From positions 194,618,001-194,682,000 of the forward strand of contig NC_042998.1 of NCBI RefSeq assembly GCF_006345805.1: a stretch of DNA of 64,000 bases, in the 5' to 3' direction. The notes beneath the pieces were generated by a model that ran no database searches, was not told where the DNA came from, and saw only the letters and a list, made by a program, of their open reading frames with translations. Position 1 is the stretch's first letter. Each line of letters begins with the position of its first letter. A program made the position numbers and the translations under genes. Shown one piece after another: positions 41,001 through 54,013 of this stretch. The DNA comes from Octopus sinensis (Eukaryota).

Positions 41001-41596
41001 GAACGTAAGAGGTTATTTCCTAAGAACATTAGCAACCAAAAGGAAACAGTTCCGTAATGATGATGATGACATTAATAACAACAACAATACTTCAACATGA
41101 TTGAGATTCCTTTTCAGTTGATATGAAACAGACTTGTCACAGCTATTAACAATAAAAAGTAGGTTATATCATTGAAACTGTTGGTTAAGTGTGTGTACTC
41201 TAATGAAAGAAGGAAGTGGCAGACTACTCAGTTCAACAGACATATGTGTCTACCTAATTGTAGATATTCCTCTATTCATACATTCATGATACAAACACTC
41301 TCTCCTCTTATCACATCTATTGCGTCCCAACTGTTAGATCTTACATCAAAGAATTTTAGCCAGTTCTCTCTCTTTAGTACTCAGAAAACCTCCTCTAAAG
41401 TTTTCTCTTTATCTACATCTTTGCAGCTGAGTTATGCATAAATCCTATCAGTCTCAATCAATCATGGAGTATAGCCTGAAAATTCATGGGTACTATCTCT
41501 TCTCCTCTGACTAGCAAATGAAAGCACTCAAGAACTAAAGAGATATGTTGTAGGAGAAAAATAGAGAGAATGTTGAGTGTTTTCAGGAAAATTAAA

Positions 41597-41705
41597 GGCG
41601 CAGGTTGGCTGTGTGGTAAGAAGCTTGCTTCCCAACCATATGACCTTGGGCTGACCAAAGCCTTGTGAATGGATATGGTTTGTAGAAACTGAAAGAAGCC
41701 TGTTA
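41597..41705 (+). mobile_element. SINE family 1 fragment
   Basis: GGCGCAGG-TGGCTGTGTGGTAAGAAGCTTGCTTCCCAACCA head. Confidence 0.75.
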
Positions 41706-41744
41706 TATATGCATGTGTGTGTGAAGGCGCGTGGCTTAGTGGTT

Positions 41745-42945
41745 TATTCAAATCAAGATAAACAGAGTTCTTTTTTAATCTAAAATATACTCTCCTTCAT
41801 TTTCTACAATGCTCTTCTCTCTATCTGCAAGACTTGCAAGGCCCCTCTTCCAAACTTCATTTGTCTGTGGTGAAAAATACTCCTCCAGTACTGTTCTGAT
41901 CTCATCTACAGAATTCATGTTTTTTTCCATCCAAATGATTTTGAAGACTATGGAATAAATAATAATCAGATGGGGCAATGTCCAGCAAACATGGTGGTTT
42001 CCCATTCAAACTGTTGTATGAGTCCAAGCATTATCCTGATGGGAGAAACTCCTTTCATCTTGAAACCAAAGGTGGTTGTTTTTCTTCTAGCACTGACTTA
42101 AGCTGCTGGCTGTAGATCTTCTTTGTTATCTTTTGGTTTTGATTTAAAAGTTTAAATTGGACTAAACCTTTCATATCCCATCAAACAGATACCATACCTT
42201 ATGTGGGTGAAAATCTTCTTTAGCCTGGGGTGCCAGTGTTTCTTCTTTCCTTACCCACTGTCTTCAGTGCTTCACATTTTTATAGAGAAGCCATTTCTCA
42301 TCACCAGTCACTATTCAGTCCAAAAATGGTTCCTTAGTGAGATGTGACAGCAAAGAAGAGCACACATTTACTCTCTGTGTGTGATTAGACTCGAGAAGTT
42401 TGTGAGGAACCAAGTGACCCTATTTACTGACTTTTCCAATGGTACACAGGTGTCAATGGTGTCGATGAATGGTTGAATCATCAACCTTCTCTGCTAGTTC
42501 CCCAACAGTTACAATGGGATTTTGTTCCAACAGGGTTTGCAGGGTCCTTGTCGAGCTCTACAGATCTTCCCGGATGAGGCTCATTTACTTGGCTGTAGTT
42601 TCTGACTCAGAATTTCTGGAACCACCATTGACACTGGCTTACGCTTATTGTCGGATTCCCATATACTGCATTAATATTCCTCACACTTTCCATTGCGCTG
42701 TTGCCTTTATTGAACTCATAAAGCAAAATATGCTGAAAATGCTTCTTTGTCACTTCCATTTTAGCTTTGAAAAAATAACTGTTAAAGTCAAATTGCACTC
42801 TTCAAAACTTGAACTAAGAATAAGTACAAGGTAAAATTACTACCTGCTTTTATTACAAGTTCATGCAGGTAGTTTATCCCATCCCCCTCTGACTTTTAGT
42901 TTATGCAACTGAAAAAAACCGCATTATTTATGTGATGACCCAATA
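41745..42945 (-). mobile_element. Decayed mariner transposon
   Basis: N-terminal MEVTKKHFQHILLYEFNKGN...QWWFQKF HTH region and C-terminal ...EVWKRGLASLADREKSIVENEGEYILD; TIR TATTGGGTCATCACATAAATAATGCGG at the right end; left end truncated by a SINE. Confidence 0.9.
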
Positions 42946-44096
42946 TATATATATGTAGCCCTTCCTGTTTGTTTTCACTGTCCTGTTTTTGTTACCAACT
43001 TTGACCCTCTGCAAAGTCCAAAATTTTATTTAATTTACTTCGCGGGAGCAACTGTTTTGTTGAAGGTGTGTCTTGTCATGAATTGCTTGAAATGTGGAGT
43101 AGAAAGATAGCGGACAACTGATGAAGGGTCGTTCAGTATGCTGCTTGTCTTGTTTTCCAGTTGTCTCTTTTGTTGTTCGCAAAAAAATGTTCATATTTCA
43201 TGTTTTCGTATTTCATGTTGTTTATGTTCTGTAATGTCCTATGCCCATATATGTATAAGTATATACATATATAAGTATATGTATATATGCATATATATTA
43301 TTGATTCCTTCAACTAAGAGTTCTTCAAGGTGGTGCCTCAGCATGGCTGCAGTTTAATAACTGAAACAGGTAAAGGATTAAAAGGTAATATATAGAAATT
43401 GTAAACAATTTCAAGAAAAGAAGAAACTGGAAAACAGCTGGAAAGCAATTGTTGAATGACATATAATGTTTGAGGAGGAAAGAGTTTGGTTGAAAGTGGA
43501 AGATTAATGAACAAATGAAAAACCCTTGTAGCATAGCAGGATAGCTGAAATGCATCCCTTTGCTGGTAAACGCCACCAGGTGGCAGCTGACACCTATATA
43601 TTCTGGTGTTTTGGGGCAGTCTTTCTCTCTCGCCATTTTGAGACCAAGGAGCATGAACATCTTTCTTCTGCCTAAGGCCACAGACCACATGCGGTTTGCC
43701 AAGCTGTCTTCTTATTACTGTTGTTATAATGACGCCTGCCTAATAGATTTCAGACAACTGTCGTTTCCCTCCTTTATCATGGTGATTTGTTCACTTTATT
43801 GTCACAGCCTATGAGACACTTAACTGTCATATTATCAACTTCGTTGACACCTGCTATGAATTTATAACAGTAAGTCCAGGTCATGAACTGAATATGTCTT
43901 TTTTTTTACTAAGCCTCACAGATGACACTGCACATGTGTTTCTGATACTCTTGCAATTTTGTCTCATGACTAGTTAGCTTTTACTTGTTATCCAAAGGAT
44001 CCACAACATGTGAATATCTGATTTCTTACTTTGTGTGAAAAGCTGTATTTGTATCCTCTTTCTAAATAAATTCTATTTATTACCAGCATCACCTTA

Positions 44097-44362
44097 CTGG
44101 CACCTGTGCCGGTGGCATGTGTAAAAAGATTCGAGCGAGGTTGTTGCCAGTACTGCCTAACTGGCCCTCGTGCCAGAGGCATGTAAAAGCACCCACTACA
44201 CTCTTGGAGTGGTTGGTGTTAGGAAGGGCATCCAGCTGTAGAAACTCTGCCAAATCAAGATTGGAGCCTGGTGCAGCCATCTGGTTCACCAGCCCTCAGT
44301 CAAATCATCCAACTCATGCTAGCATGGAAAGCAGATGTTAAACAATGATGATGATGATGATT
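44097..44362 (+). mobile_element. RTE-tail SINE-like repeat
   Basis: Same family as 40751. Confidence 0.8.
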
Positions 44363-45737
44363 GTAAGCAATCTTCATCTTCTTAAACAAACTCAACATGC
44401 TAAACCCTAATTGTTGTTGCACAATAATGCATCTTAAACAATACAGTGACAAAAAGGATCTGAAAGCTGAACAAAAAATGACAATAATGTCATGTGTCAA
44501 TATAGCAATATTCAGTTCAAATATTATAAAAAGTAATTTATGAGTAGGAAACAAGAAAGACATTTGGCTGTAAAACTACCAGCCTATGCCAGTTTAGGTG
44601 AGATCTACAATGGAATACTACTCCTACATTTAGAACAATGTTGCTGCTACACATGTAGATATTCTAGATTGCATCCAAAAAAGTTCTCCTTGCATGATAT
44701 GTGTGACACCATAACAATGGCATAGTTTGTGTTTGCCAACACTAGACACCCTTCCACACTTGTAACTTCTGTGGGAATGGCTTGAGAATGAAAATGCACA
44801 AGAACTATGAGAGTGGACATCCTTGATGACCGAGTATGTGATTTGAAATGGTTCTAATTAGCGACCATTTAGTTTGACTGTTGAGTAAGTTACACTGTAC
44901 ATTGAAGTAATCCAGCCTCTGAAAATGGGACTAAAACTAGTTGCACAGGGGATAGCTATCAAGTACTGATAGTTGATAATAATGAAGGTTATGAACTGAT
45001 TTAATTAGATCAAATTCTCATCAAAGTCAGGTTCATTACCCACCCTTCTTATAGTGTGCAGATAATCAGGAATAGACCTACAAGAAATCATACATATGTA
45101 CTACATGCTACCAAGAACGAACACCTTGTAAAGAGATTGGCTTTGGACCAAAATCTTTAACTCCACATTTAGCAGACTCATGGACTGTAAACTATTGATT
45201 ATGACCCCTTGTTCATGTCCTTCCTCAGCAGTATAATCACTTTTGTTATCAGTTGTGATACCAAGAGAAGGACATGTAAGTCTTGCATGTAGCCATAAAA
45301 TCTGTAGGGTTACCCATCCAAACCCACTGATTTGCTTCTCCCACAATTGTACATTGCTGGCCTTTTCTTAGCTACAGCTATTGTTTTTTTCTTTTACAAC
45401 ACTCATTTTTGATAGGAGCTGTGATAGCCCTTGAGGTAAGCACTAAATGCACTGCCACTACTTACATCAACCTCTAAACAGTTGAGCAAAGTTGTCAGCT
45501 ATATTCAATGGACAACAGGCCAACTTCTACTTGGTATAAAATAGCATAAGCATGTACCAAACAGTATATGACAATGACCTGGTCAGTCATCTGGGGCACG
45601 CCTATCCAAACTGACAAGGTGGTCAAAGCAAATCAACCAGATATAATTATTAAGGACAGGGACAAACATCTCTACAACCTAATGCACATCTCCACACTTT
45701 CTGACTAAAATATCACTTCAGAAGAGGTGGAGAAACT

Positions 45738-46093
45738 ATCATCATCATCATCATTTAACGTCCGCTTTCCATGCTAGCAGGGGTTGGACGATTTGACTGA
45801 GGGCTGGTGAACCAGATGGCAGCACCAGGCTTCAATCTTGATCTGGCAGAGTTTCTACGGCTGGATGCCCTTCCTAACGCCAACCACTCCGAGAGTGTAG
45901 TGGGTGCTTTTACGTGCCACCAGCACAGAGCCAGTCAGGCAGTATGGGCAACAATCTCGCTCCAATCTTTTACACATGCCACTGGCACAGGTGTCAGTAA
46001 AGCGATGCTGGTAACAATCCCGTTTGAATGGTGTCTTTTACGTGCCACTGGCACGGAGGCCAGATAGCCACTCTGGCAACGATCATGCTCAAA
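45738..46093 (-). mobile_element. RTE-tail SINE-like repeat
   Basis: Reverse-complement copy. Confidence 0.8.
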
Positions 46094-46431
46094 TACAAAT
46101 ATCTTGAAGCTTAAATAAGAAGGATATGGGTCTTAAAGTGAAAATAGTATCAATAATAGATGGAGCACTAGATATAAAAAGAAATATGAATGAATAAAAA
46201 CATTAAAAAATCTTTCCAGAGCACATAATTTTACACACAGTTAAAATGTTGGCTCAGCCTCCATACTACACTAGATGCTTTCAATTCAATTGCATAATTC
46301 AAGCAGTATGCACACTTTACAGAACATAAACTCTCTACAATCACCACCAAAAAAACATTAAAAAATAACACAATTCATGCAATCATGCACAACAGATTTA
46401 TATCAAAATCAATGGAAATTGTAGTTGCGAT

Positions 46432-46738
46432 ACCAGTGCCAGTGGCACGTAAGAGAACCACCAGAACTTGGCCGTTGCCAGCGCTGCACCGACTGGCCTG
46501 CGTGCCGGTGGCACGTAAAAAGCACCATTCAATCGTGGCCGTTGCCAGTCTCGTCTGGCACGTAAAAAGCACCCACTACACTCACGGAGTGGTTGGCATT
46601 AGGAAGGGCATCCAGCTGTAGAAACACTGCCAGATCAGACTGGAGCCTGGCGCAGCCTTCTGGCCTCCCAGACCCCAGTTGAACTGTCCAACCCATGCTA
46701 GCATGGAAAACGAACGTTAAACAATGATGATGATGAAT
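46432..46738 (+). mobile_element. RTE-tail SINE-like repeat
   Basis: Same family. Confidence 0.8.
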
Positions 46739-47482
46739 CATGACCAAAAAACAAAAAAATAACACATTTCATACAATCATACTCGACAGATTTCTCTAAA
46801 CAATCACCACAGTATCACTACATTACTTTAATAATGCATCTCACATCCTTAAGTAATCAGCACTGTGTGTATCCCAATTTTAGAATAGATACACCACATC
46901 ACTTCATGTCATAAGAAGTGACTAAAATGGTTCACATCAGGAATGTATTCAGTATAAAACATTGTTGCAGTAAAACTGTCCGGACACATGCCAGTCCAGA
47001 AAGAATGTAAAATAATAATGACAATGATACTCTTACACAAAGAGGCCATTGTAATACTGACAATTCAAACAGCTGACACTGTAACAGTAGCACTGTAACA
47101 CCCACCAACACCATCTACTTCAATATTACCAACAATTTGTACAACATACACTCAACAAAGCTATCACTCAAGAATGTAACATAACTCACACTCTGCCATA
47201 CTCTGCTCAAATTCAATCTGAAACTAAAGCACACAACACTAGCCATACAGTACATACAAAACACAAATACCAACCAATATAATAAATGACTCACATTGTA
47301 CATGCTCCACACAACAGACAAGACATTACAATAACATCAGAAATATCAAAATAAATCTCACAAAAAAAAGTAAAAAACTGATAATGCTTTTAAACAAAAT
47401 ATAACATCCCCACCCAAAAAAGATAATACTATACACACCTCTGAAATATAATGGTGCACCTAATAGTGGAATAGAACCTTAA

Positions 47483-47703
47483 CCCTTTCGTTACCAACCC
47501 GGCTGACACTGGCTCTGGCTCTTTAGTATAAATGTCTTGTTTTCATAAGTTTTGAATTCAAATCTTCCACCAAACCTTAGTCACAATTTATGTTCCTAAC
47601 ACTAGCTGAATGATAACTAAGTTATTTTACTAAATTCTTTGTTATATTTAAAGTAATTGAAAGAAACACAGAGCATCTTAAAATAAATACAGTAAGGAAA
47701 GGG
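47483..47703. mobile_element. piggyBac-like MITE
   Basis: TTAA-CCCTTTC...GAAAGGG-TTAA; TTAA TSD on both sides. Confidence 0.85.
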
Positions 47704-48609
47704 TTAATGTTTTTGAACAAAATATAACATTCCCCCCCAAAATAATACTATACATACCTCTGAAATGTAATGGTGCACCTGATAGTGGAATAGACCCTTG
47801 CATAAAACACATGATAAATAATAATAAAATTGCAATTATCAAAAGTAATGTGAATATTAAAATGGTGTATTAGAGATAAAAGAAAATTTGTATGGAATGC
47901 ATTGTAACCAAACTAGTAGTTGTAATTGTCTTCTGGAAGCACTAGTCTTTGGCATATTGTCTTGTAAAAGAGAAAGGAAGTAATCACATACAAATTTAAA
48001 AAAAAAATAATGGTAAGTTTTAATAAAAATTAAAGCCATAATAGCAGTAGCAATAAGATTCAAGATATCATTAATAACAAATGTAATTGGAATCTATTCA
48101 TTAAGTTTGAAATGAGTATATCTCTTTCATCTTAATGAAATGAAAAAATGCAAGTTGCATACAATTTAATGTCACATCAAGTTTATTATCTGATATCATT
48201 TTCTTCCAATTTGAAGTTGGAATATCTTGTTGAATATTTTCTATGTTTGCCGCTCAGTAGCTAGCTGCTTCATTACCCTCGGTTCTCAGTCGATTTACTT
48301 CCTTCTTGCATTGTTGCTGGTGTCTGGAGCTGAATAAGATATGTCAGAGACTTTGATAACAATAATGTAAAAAACCAAAAAAAAAAAAAAAGGTAAAATA
48401 ACAAAATGAAATTAATTAAATAAAGCAACTTCTTCAACTGCTTTCATTCAAACAATGATAACTGATAAAAAGAAACTTCTAGGAGGAATAATTAAGCTGA
48501 TAACTGTATAAATAAACAAAGTAAATACATAAAATTCCGATGACATTTTCATATTGGTTCAGGAAAATACATCATTATAATCACCACCAACATCAACAAT
48601 GTCATTGTA

Positions 48610-48692
48610 ATCCTCCTCCTCCTCCACCACCACCACCACCACCTCCTCCTCTCCACCTCCTCCCCTCCACCTCCTTCCCCACCTCCTCCTCC
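48610..48692. repeat. (CCT/CCA)n low-complexity tract
   Basis: Direct inspection. Confidence 0.9.
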
Positions 48693-49299
48693 AGAAGGAG
48701 GGACAGAGCCCATCACATTTTCTGGTCCTTTGAGATTGGTAAGAATGATGCGGCTGATATTTATCTTGGGTTGGTGTCTGTAGAGAAAAAAAGGATGCAT
48801 TTGCATCAATACAACCTCAGTGTTAAAGCTGACATTATCACTACCATCATGTTGCCCACCACCATCAATTTAATTAGAACCAAATATAACTGTATGGTTA
48901 TGAAGCTCATTATTCAATCACCAAGTTCTCAGTTTGATTTCACTCTTCAGTATCTTGGGCAAGTGTCTTCTATCATAGCCATGGTTGAATCATAGCCTTG
49001 TGAGTGAACTCCCTCTCCCCTCTCTCTCTCAGTCACTCCTCCTTGTTATCATCATTATTTAATGTCTATGTTCCTTGCTGGAATGAGCTGGGTAGTTTGA
49101 CAGGATCCAATGGGTCCAAGGACTACATAGTGCCCCAGTATCTACTTTGGCATGGTTTCTATATTGGATGTCCTTCCTAATAATACAGTCCTATATTTAA
49201 GAGATGAGGAATTATGTACATTATTTACATTATTTACAATTGAAGGATATTTGTCCTCATCTTGTTTGTCGTTAACACAACACTTCGGCTGATATACCC

Positions 49300-49445
49300 T
49301 CTTGGGGAAATTTCGAACCTGGGTTCTCATTCCTAAGGTATTTTTTTATGTTGATGTCATTGTTGTTGTTCAGGTCACTGCCTAGGATCGAACTCAGAAT
49401 CTTGGGGTTAGTAGCCTGCATTCTTAACCACTACACCATATGCCC
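49300..49445 (-). mobile_element. tRNA-derived SINE head
   Basis: Reverse strand GGTGTAGTGGTTAAG...GAGTTCGATCC. Confidence 0.6.
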
Positions 49446-49447
49446 AT

Positions 49448-49610
49448 GGGTCTCGCTCTGTGTGAAAGAAAGATTGTATGATGCTTGTATACGAACAGCA
49501 ATGCAACATGTTAGTGAGATGTGGACCCTGATTGCAGAAGACATGCAAAGGCTAGAGAGGAATGAAGCAACTATGCTCTGCTGGATGTGCAGTGTAAACA
49601 CATATGCTAG
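49448..49610 (+). mobile_element. RTE LINE fragment
   Basis: KERLYDACIRTAMQHVSEMWTLIAEDMQRLERNEATMLCWMCSV. Confidence 0.75.
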
Positions 49611-50929
49611 GACACAACAACCTCCTAAGCAGACCGAGTGCAGATATGAACAGCATATGGGAACTGGTATTAAGGAATGATAGGAGAATATTAGATTTAT
49701 AAGCCCTAACATTTACTCCATAATTGCCCATGGGCATATGGTGTAGCGCCAGATATTTTATGCATCTCTGGGGTGACTCCTGATGGACCAGGATTTTCCT
49801 GTCTTCATATCCTTAATTGCCTTATCTATCATATGGCTGTTGACATGAATAACCAGTCTGCATGTTGGATTCACATAGGGGAGATTATTTTTCTTTCATT
49901 CATTCTCCACACTTAAAAGCCTTTCATAGTAGCATTTCAATGCCTCACACACACATATGCATATGTGTGCATGCCTGTGTGCATACACACACAGACACAC
50001 ACACAGACACACATGCAGACACACACACACACACACACACGCATGCGTGGGGCATTTAACATGCAAACAAATATCAAGTGCTCTCATATCAACAATCATT
50101 TTCACTATCGTTGTTATTATTATCACCATTTCCATCCTCTTCAGCTTCCACTTAATCTTTTTGATTGCTGGTCGTGTTTGTATTCTCTTGGCTACTGTTT
50201 TCTATTCTGCTACACACGTCTTGTTTGAGGTTTGTTCTACATTTCTTTAAATTTAATATAAAGGGAAAGTTTTCCCTTTAAAACATTGGCAGCGTAGCAA
50301 CTCTACAATTGTAACCTAAATTTACCCAGCATTCATATGTGCCAAACATACCTCAAAAGTGCAAATTTTGCAACTGCAGCTATATAATTCAACTGTTAAC
50401 CAGCAGCAAAATTCAAGTCAAAGAGAAAACTGCTTTTTGTAACTTGACCCACTTAATGAAAAACACTAAATCTTTTTTAACTACTTTGGACTGACTTTAA
50501 ACTAGGAACCATATATTTTATGTCCTAATCTTTTAGACAACTTGTCTCTATACTACATCTGAGTCATAACTAGAAGTTCCTGTTGAATGAGCATTTAATT
50601 ATCTTTATGTTACTGGTCAACCCAAACAAGAGATGAGTGAATCTAATTAAGAACAGTATACCCAACTACTTCCAGTTAGTCTTCATCTGATTTTAGTCTA
50701 CACTAATTCTGTTCATCAACAGTTCATTTATTTGTTTCCTGAGTTCTCAGTTCATGTCAGATTACCCCAGCACCAGCTGACTAAAGACCTCAACTCTATT
50801 TACTAATAGTACATAAGTTTGTTATACTTGTTCTCAACTCATGTAAGAGTACTCCAACACAAATTAACTAATGTGATTTTAAAATTAATAATAAATCTCT
50901 GAACTAGGTATAAACAGTAACTGCACGAC

Positions 50930-51165
50930 AATGTGAAGTATATTTGCCATCTCAACATGGCTAACCACTGAGGGTGGGTGTTACTGTAGCTTGTAGCCCC
51001 AGGAGATCATCGTTTCCAACTGGCTTTAGGCACACTTTCTGTGCCCTTATGGTATTTGCAAAGGGAGGTCATACCTCTCTCGTCAACCTAAGTGATACGC
51101 ACGGACTGCAGTTTCTAGGTATTGACCTGTCATCAGCGTACGACAATCACCCGTTTTCGATGAAA
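50930..51165 (-). mobile_element. Hammerhead-headed structured element, copy A (retrozyme/Penelope pLTR-like, non-autonomous)
   Basis: Hammerhead plus ~160 nt downstream that aligns by eye with 54551-54710; no RT ORF nearby. Confidence 0.6.
51092..51150 (-). ncRNA. Type I hammerhead ribozyme motif (copy A)
   Basis: Minus strand: GTGAT-TGT-CGTACG CTGATGA C-AGGT-CAAT-ACCT-A GAA ACTGCAGT C CGTGCG-T-ATCAC. Stem I with internal loop, 4-bp stem II, palindromic stem III, GUC cleavage triplet at 51106-51104. Confidence 0.8.
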
Positions 51166-51231
51166 AATTAATTATTAATTAATTATTAGCAACAGAGGTA
51201 GTATTAATAACAAAAGGTTATCGTTATATCT

Positions 51232-51469
51232 AACTAAACATGGATACCTTGTTAGAACACTGAATACTGCTTTATTAGCCTCGAGAGATCCTCTCATATA
51301 GGTGCTTGATACATAGAAGCAGACAAATAATCATAGCAGGTAAAATTTGTCTCCTACAATCTACGTGTGTCATTTTATGTCCCAAGTGCCTCTATGAGTG
51401 TGTAAAAGTGGATCTCTCAAAGCTAACGACACAGTATTCAGTGTTCTAACAAGGCATCCATGTTTAGTT
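51232..51469. mobile_element. MITE with 38-bp inverted arms
   Basis: 51232-51269 is the reverse complement of 51432-51469 (1 mismatch). Confidence 0.75.
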
Positions 51470-52356
51470 GAATATAAAGATTACTAATGCTACTTTTTAC
51501 TAACCAAGTATGCAATATATAACCATTTCCTTGTGAATCCTAGAACAACTTCAATATTTAAACTGGAGTACGATAAAAGAAATTTATTCGTCACATCAAT
51601 CATATTTCAATGTACACAGTGTCTATACTACTCAGGTGTTCTTAGATAGTAGTCATTAAAGCCAGTTGTTCACAACTTGTATTAAAATATCTCACACAAT
51701 GGAATCCTCTTAATTATAGTGCCATATGCTATTTTTTTTTTTCATATGACAGCTATCAAAATATATATTTGATGTAGATAAAAATTGTTTGAAAGGAAGT
51801 TAGTACAATACAAATTTGAAATAAAAGGAAAGAGAAGTAAGGAAGATGAAATAACTGCTTATACTTTATCTAATAAATGTAAACTGTTGTTTTGTCTTGC
51901 TTCTCTTTTCTTTCCGTTGTTTCAAAATTGTTTGTACTGACTTTCAAACAATTTTAACTGGTGCACAAAGCTTAATTCAAAATACAGTACTCGTGTTGTA
52001 ATTGTTTTACGTAATTTGGCAGCGACATAACTAATATAGACATAGAATGGAAACAATGACACGAGATGTCAGCTGGTAATGTGGGATAAAAAGGTAGGAG
52101 TAGGTAGAAGTGAGGGAGTTCGAATAAATTGAAGAAGAAAGGTCAAATTTATCCTTGTTTGGCCTACAGATGGAATATTAAAAGGTCATGTTCAACAGAT
52201 GGTGGCTGAAAAATATTAATGCTGGACTGAAGAAAAGTGGGAAGAAAATATTTAGATAGGGGTACCCTAGGAAACTTTTTTACATATAGAGTCCCTTATA
52301 AATGTATGTTTACAAGAAAACTAATTCACAAAAAAAAAACATAAGGATACACACAT

Positions 52357-52357
<1 letters not shown>

Positions 52358-52410
<53 letters not shown>

Positions 52411-52498
52411 TGACAGATAGATAGATAGATAGAGTGATAGAGAGATAGATAGATAGATAGATTGACAGATAGATAGATAGATAGATAGAGTGATAGAG

Positions 52499-52534
<36 letters not shown>

Positions 52535-52538
52535 TGAC

Positions 52539-52598
<60 letters not shown>

Positions 52599-52643
52599 TG
52601 ACAGATAGATAGATAGATAGATAGATTGATAGATAAATAGATA
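52358..52643. repeat. (GATA)n microsatellite with GATT/GACA variants
   Basis: Direct inspection. Confidence 0.95.
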
Positions 52644-52659
52644 TATGTACACATATAGA

Positions 52660-52978
52660 CAGTGGCAGACTGGCCAGGTAGCCAGCTTGCTCGATGGCAA
52701 GTGGGCCCCTGCGCCATTAGAATCCATATATGGGAGCCCATGTTAGTATCTAAGGGGCCCGTCCCCTCAAGTTTGAGAATTTTTATTCACTCCTGGAAGG
52801 ATACATTAATTATTTCAGCCTGGCTGTGTTTGTAGACAGTTGAAAAGAATACTTTTAACAGAAAGAAAAAAAAAAATTAAATTAAAGCATTGTAGTTGTG
52901 GGTGGATCTCCTTGTAGTTGCGGGTGGGCCCCCTTAGTCTCCTGTCAACCAATTATTTTTAGACCAAGTCCGCCACTG
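52660..52978. mobile_element. hAT-like MITE
   Basis: TIR CAGTGGCAGACTGG / CCAAGTCCGCCACTG; no TSD visible (flanked by microsatellites). Confidence 0.7.
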
Positions 52979-53397
52979 TGTGTGTGTGTGTGTGTGTGTG
53001 AGCAATCAACCAAAACCCTTGAATGTCCGACATAAGTAAAAGCATAAAAGAACATGCATATATTTTCTGAAAACATTGAGTAACAACACTCACAAAAGAA
53101 ATGCTCTAAATGTACCAGCCATTTAAATATTTATACTTTTTCATATGTAAAAACGTTGTTTGTATCCATGGTATCAAAAATATTTTAATATACATTTATT
53201 TGCTCAGTATTTGATGGGGGAAAAATGTTTTTATATGTAATCTGTGAAGCAGTGGTGTGAAAGTAAAGGGGAAATAAGGCTAATTCATCTAGCAGATAGA
53301 TGAGACGATTTATCAGTATCGGCTGTAAGAAAAGACAAAGGTATTTAGGACACAGGGCAGAATGTTCACAGGATCTGACTAATAAACAAGCATACAA

Positions 53398-53470
<73 letters not shown>

Positions 53471-53472
<2 letters not shown>

Positions 53473-53875
53473 GTGTGGTAAGTAGCTTGTTTACCAACCA
53501 CATGGTTCCGGGTTCAGTCCCACTGCGTGGCACCTTGGGCAAGTGTCTTCTACTATAGCCTTGGGCCGACCAAAGCCTTGTGAGTGGATTTGGTAGACGG
53601 AAACTGAAAGAAGCCCGTCGTATATATGTATATATATATATATATGTGCGTGTGTGTGTTTGTGTGTCTGTATTTGTCCCCCTAGCATTGCTTGACAACC
53701 GATGCTGGTGTGCTTATGTCCTCATTACTTAGCGGTTCGGCAAAAGAGACCGATAGAATAAGTACTGGGCTTACAAAAGAATAAGTCCCGGGGTCGAGTT
53801 GCTCGATTAAAGGCGGTGCTCCAGCATGGCCGCAGTCAAATGACTGAAACAAGTAAAAGAGAGTAAAAGAGAGAT
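53471..53875 (+). mobile_element. tRNA-derived SINE, family 1 (young, near full-length)
   Basis: A/B-box-like head (TGTGTGGTAAG...GGTTCAGTCCC), internal (TA)n, tail ...GACTGAAACAAGTAAAAGAG; many homologous copies in window. Confidence 0.85.
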
Positions 53876-54013
53876 ATACCAGAGTAAGCACATAAATGTG
53901 AAACAAGGTGGATAAAAGAGTACTCAAATACCAGAGGTAGAGTAAAAGCTGAGTAACAGCTTTTGTTATATTTCTGCTGCTTTTAAATAAAGTATATATA
54001 TATATAAGGTGAG

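Noticed and set aside
43105-43170. CTGATGA inside a TA-flanked dispersed repeat (42950-43260)
   Set aside because: No downstream GAAA, stem III or cleavage triplet; not a hammerhead as it stands
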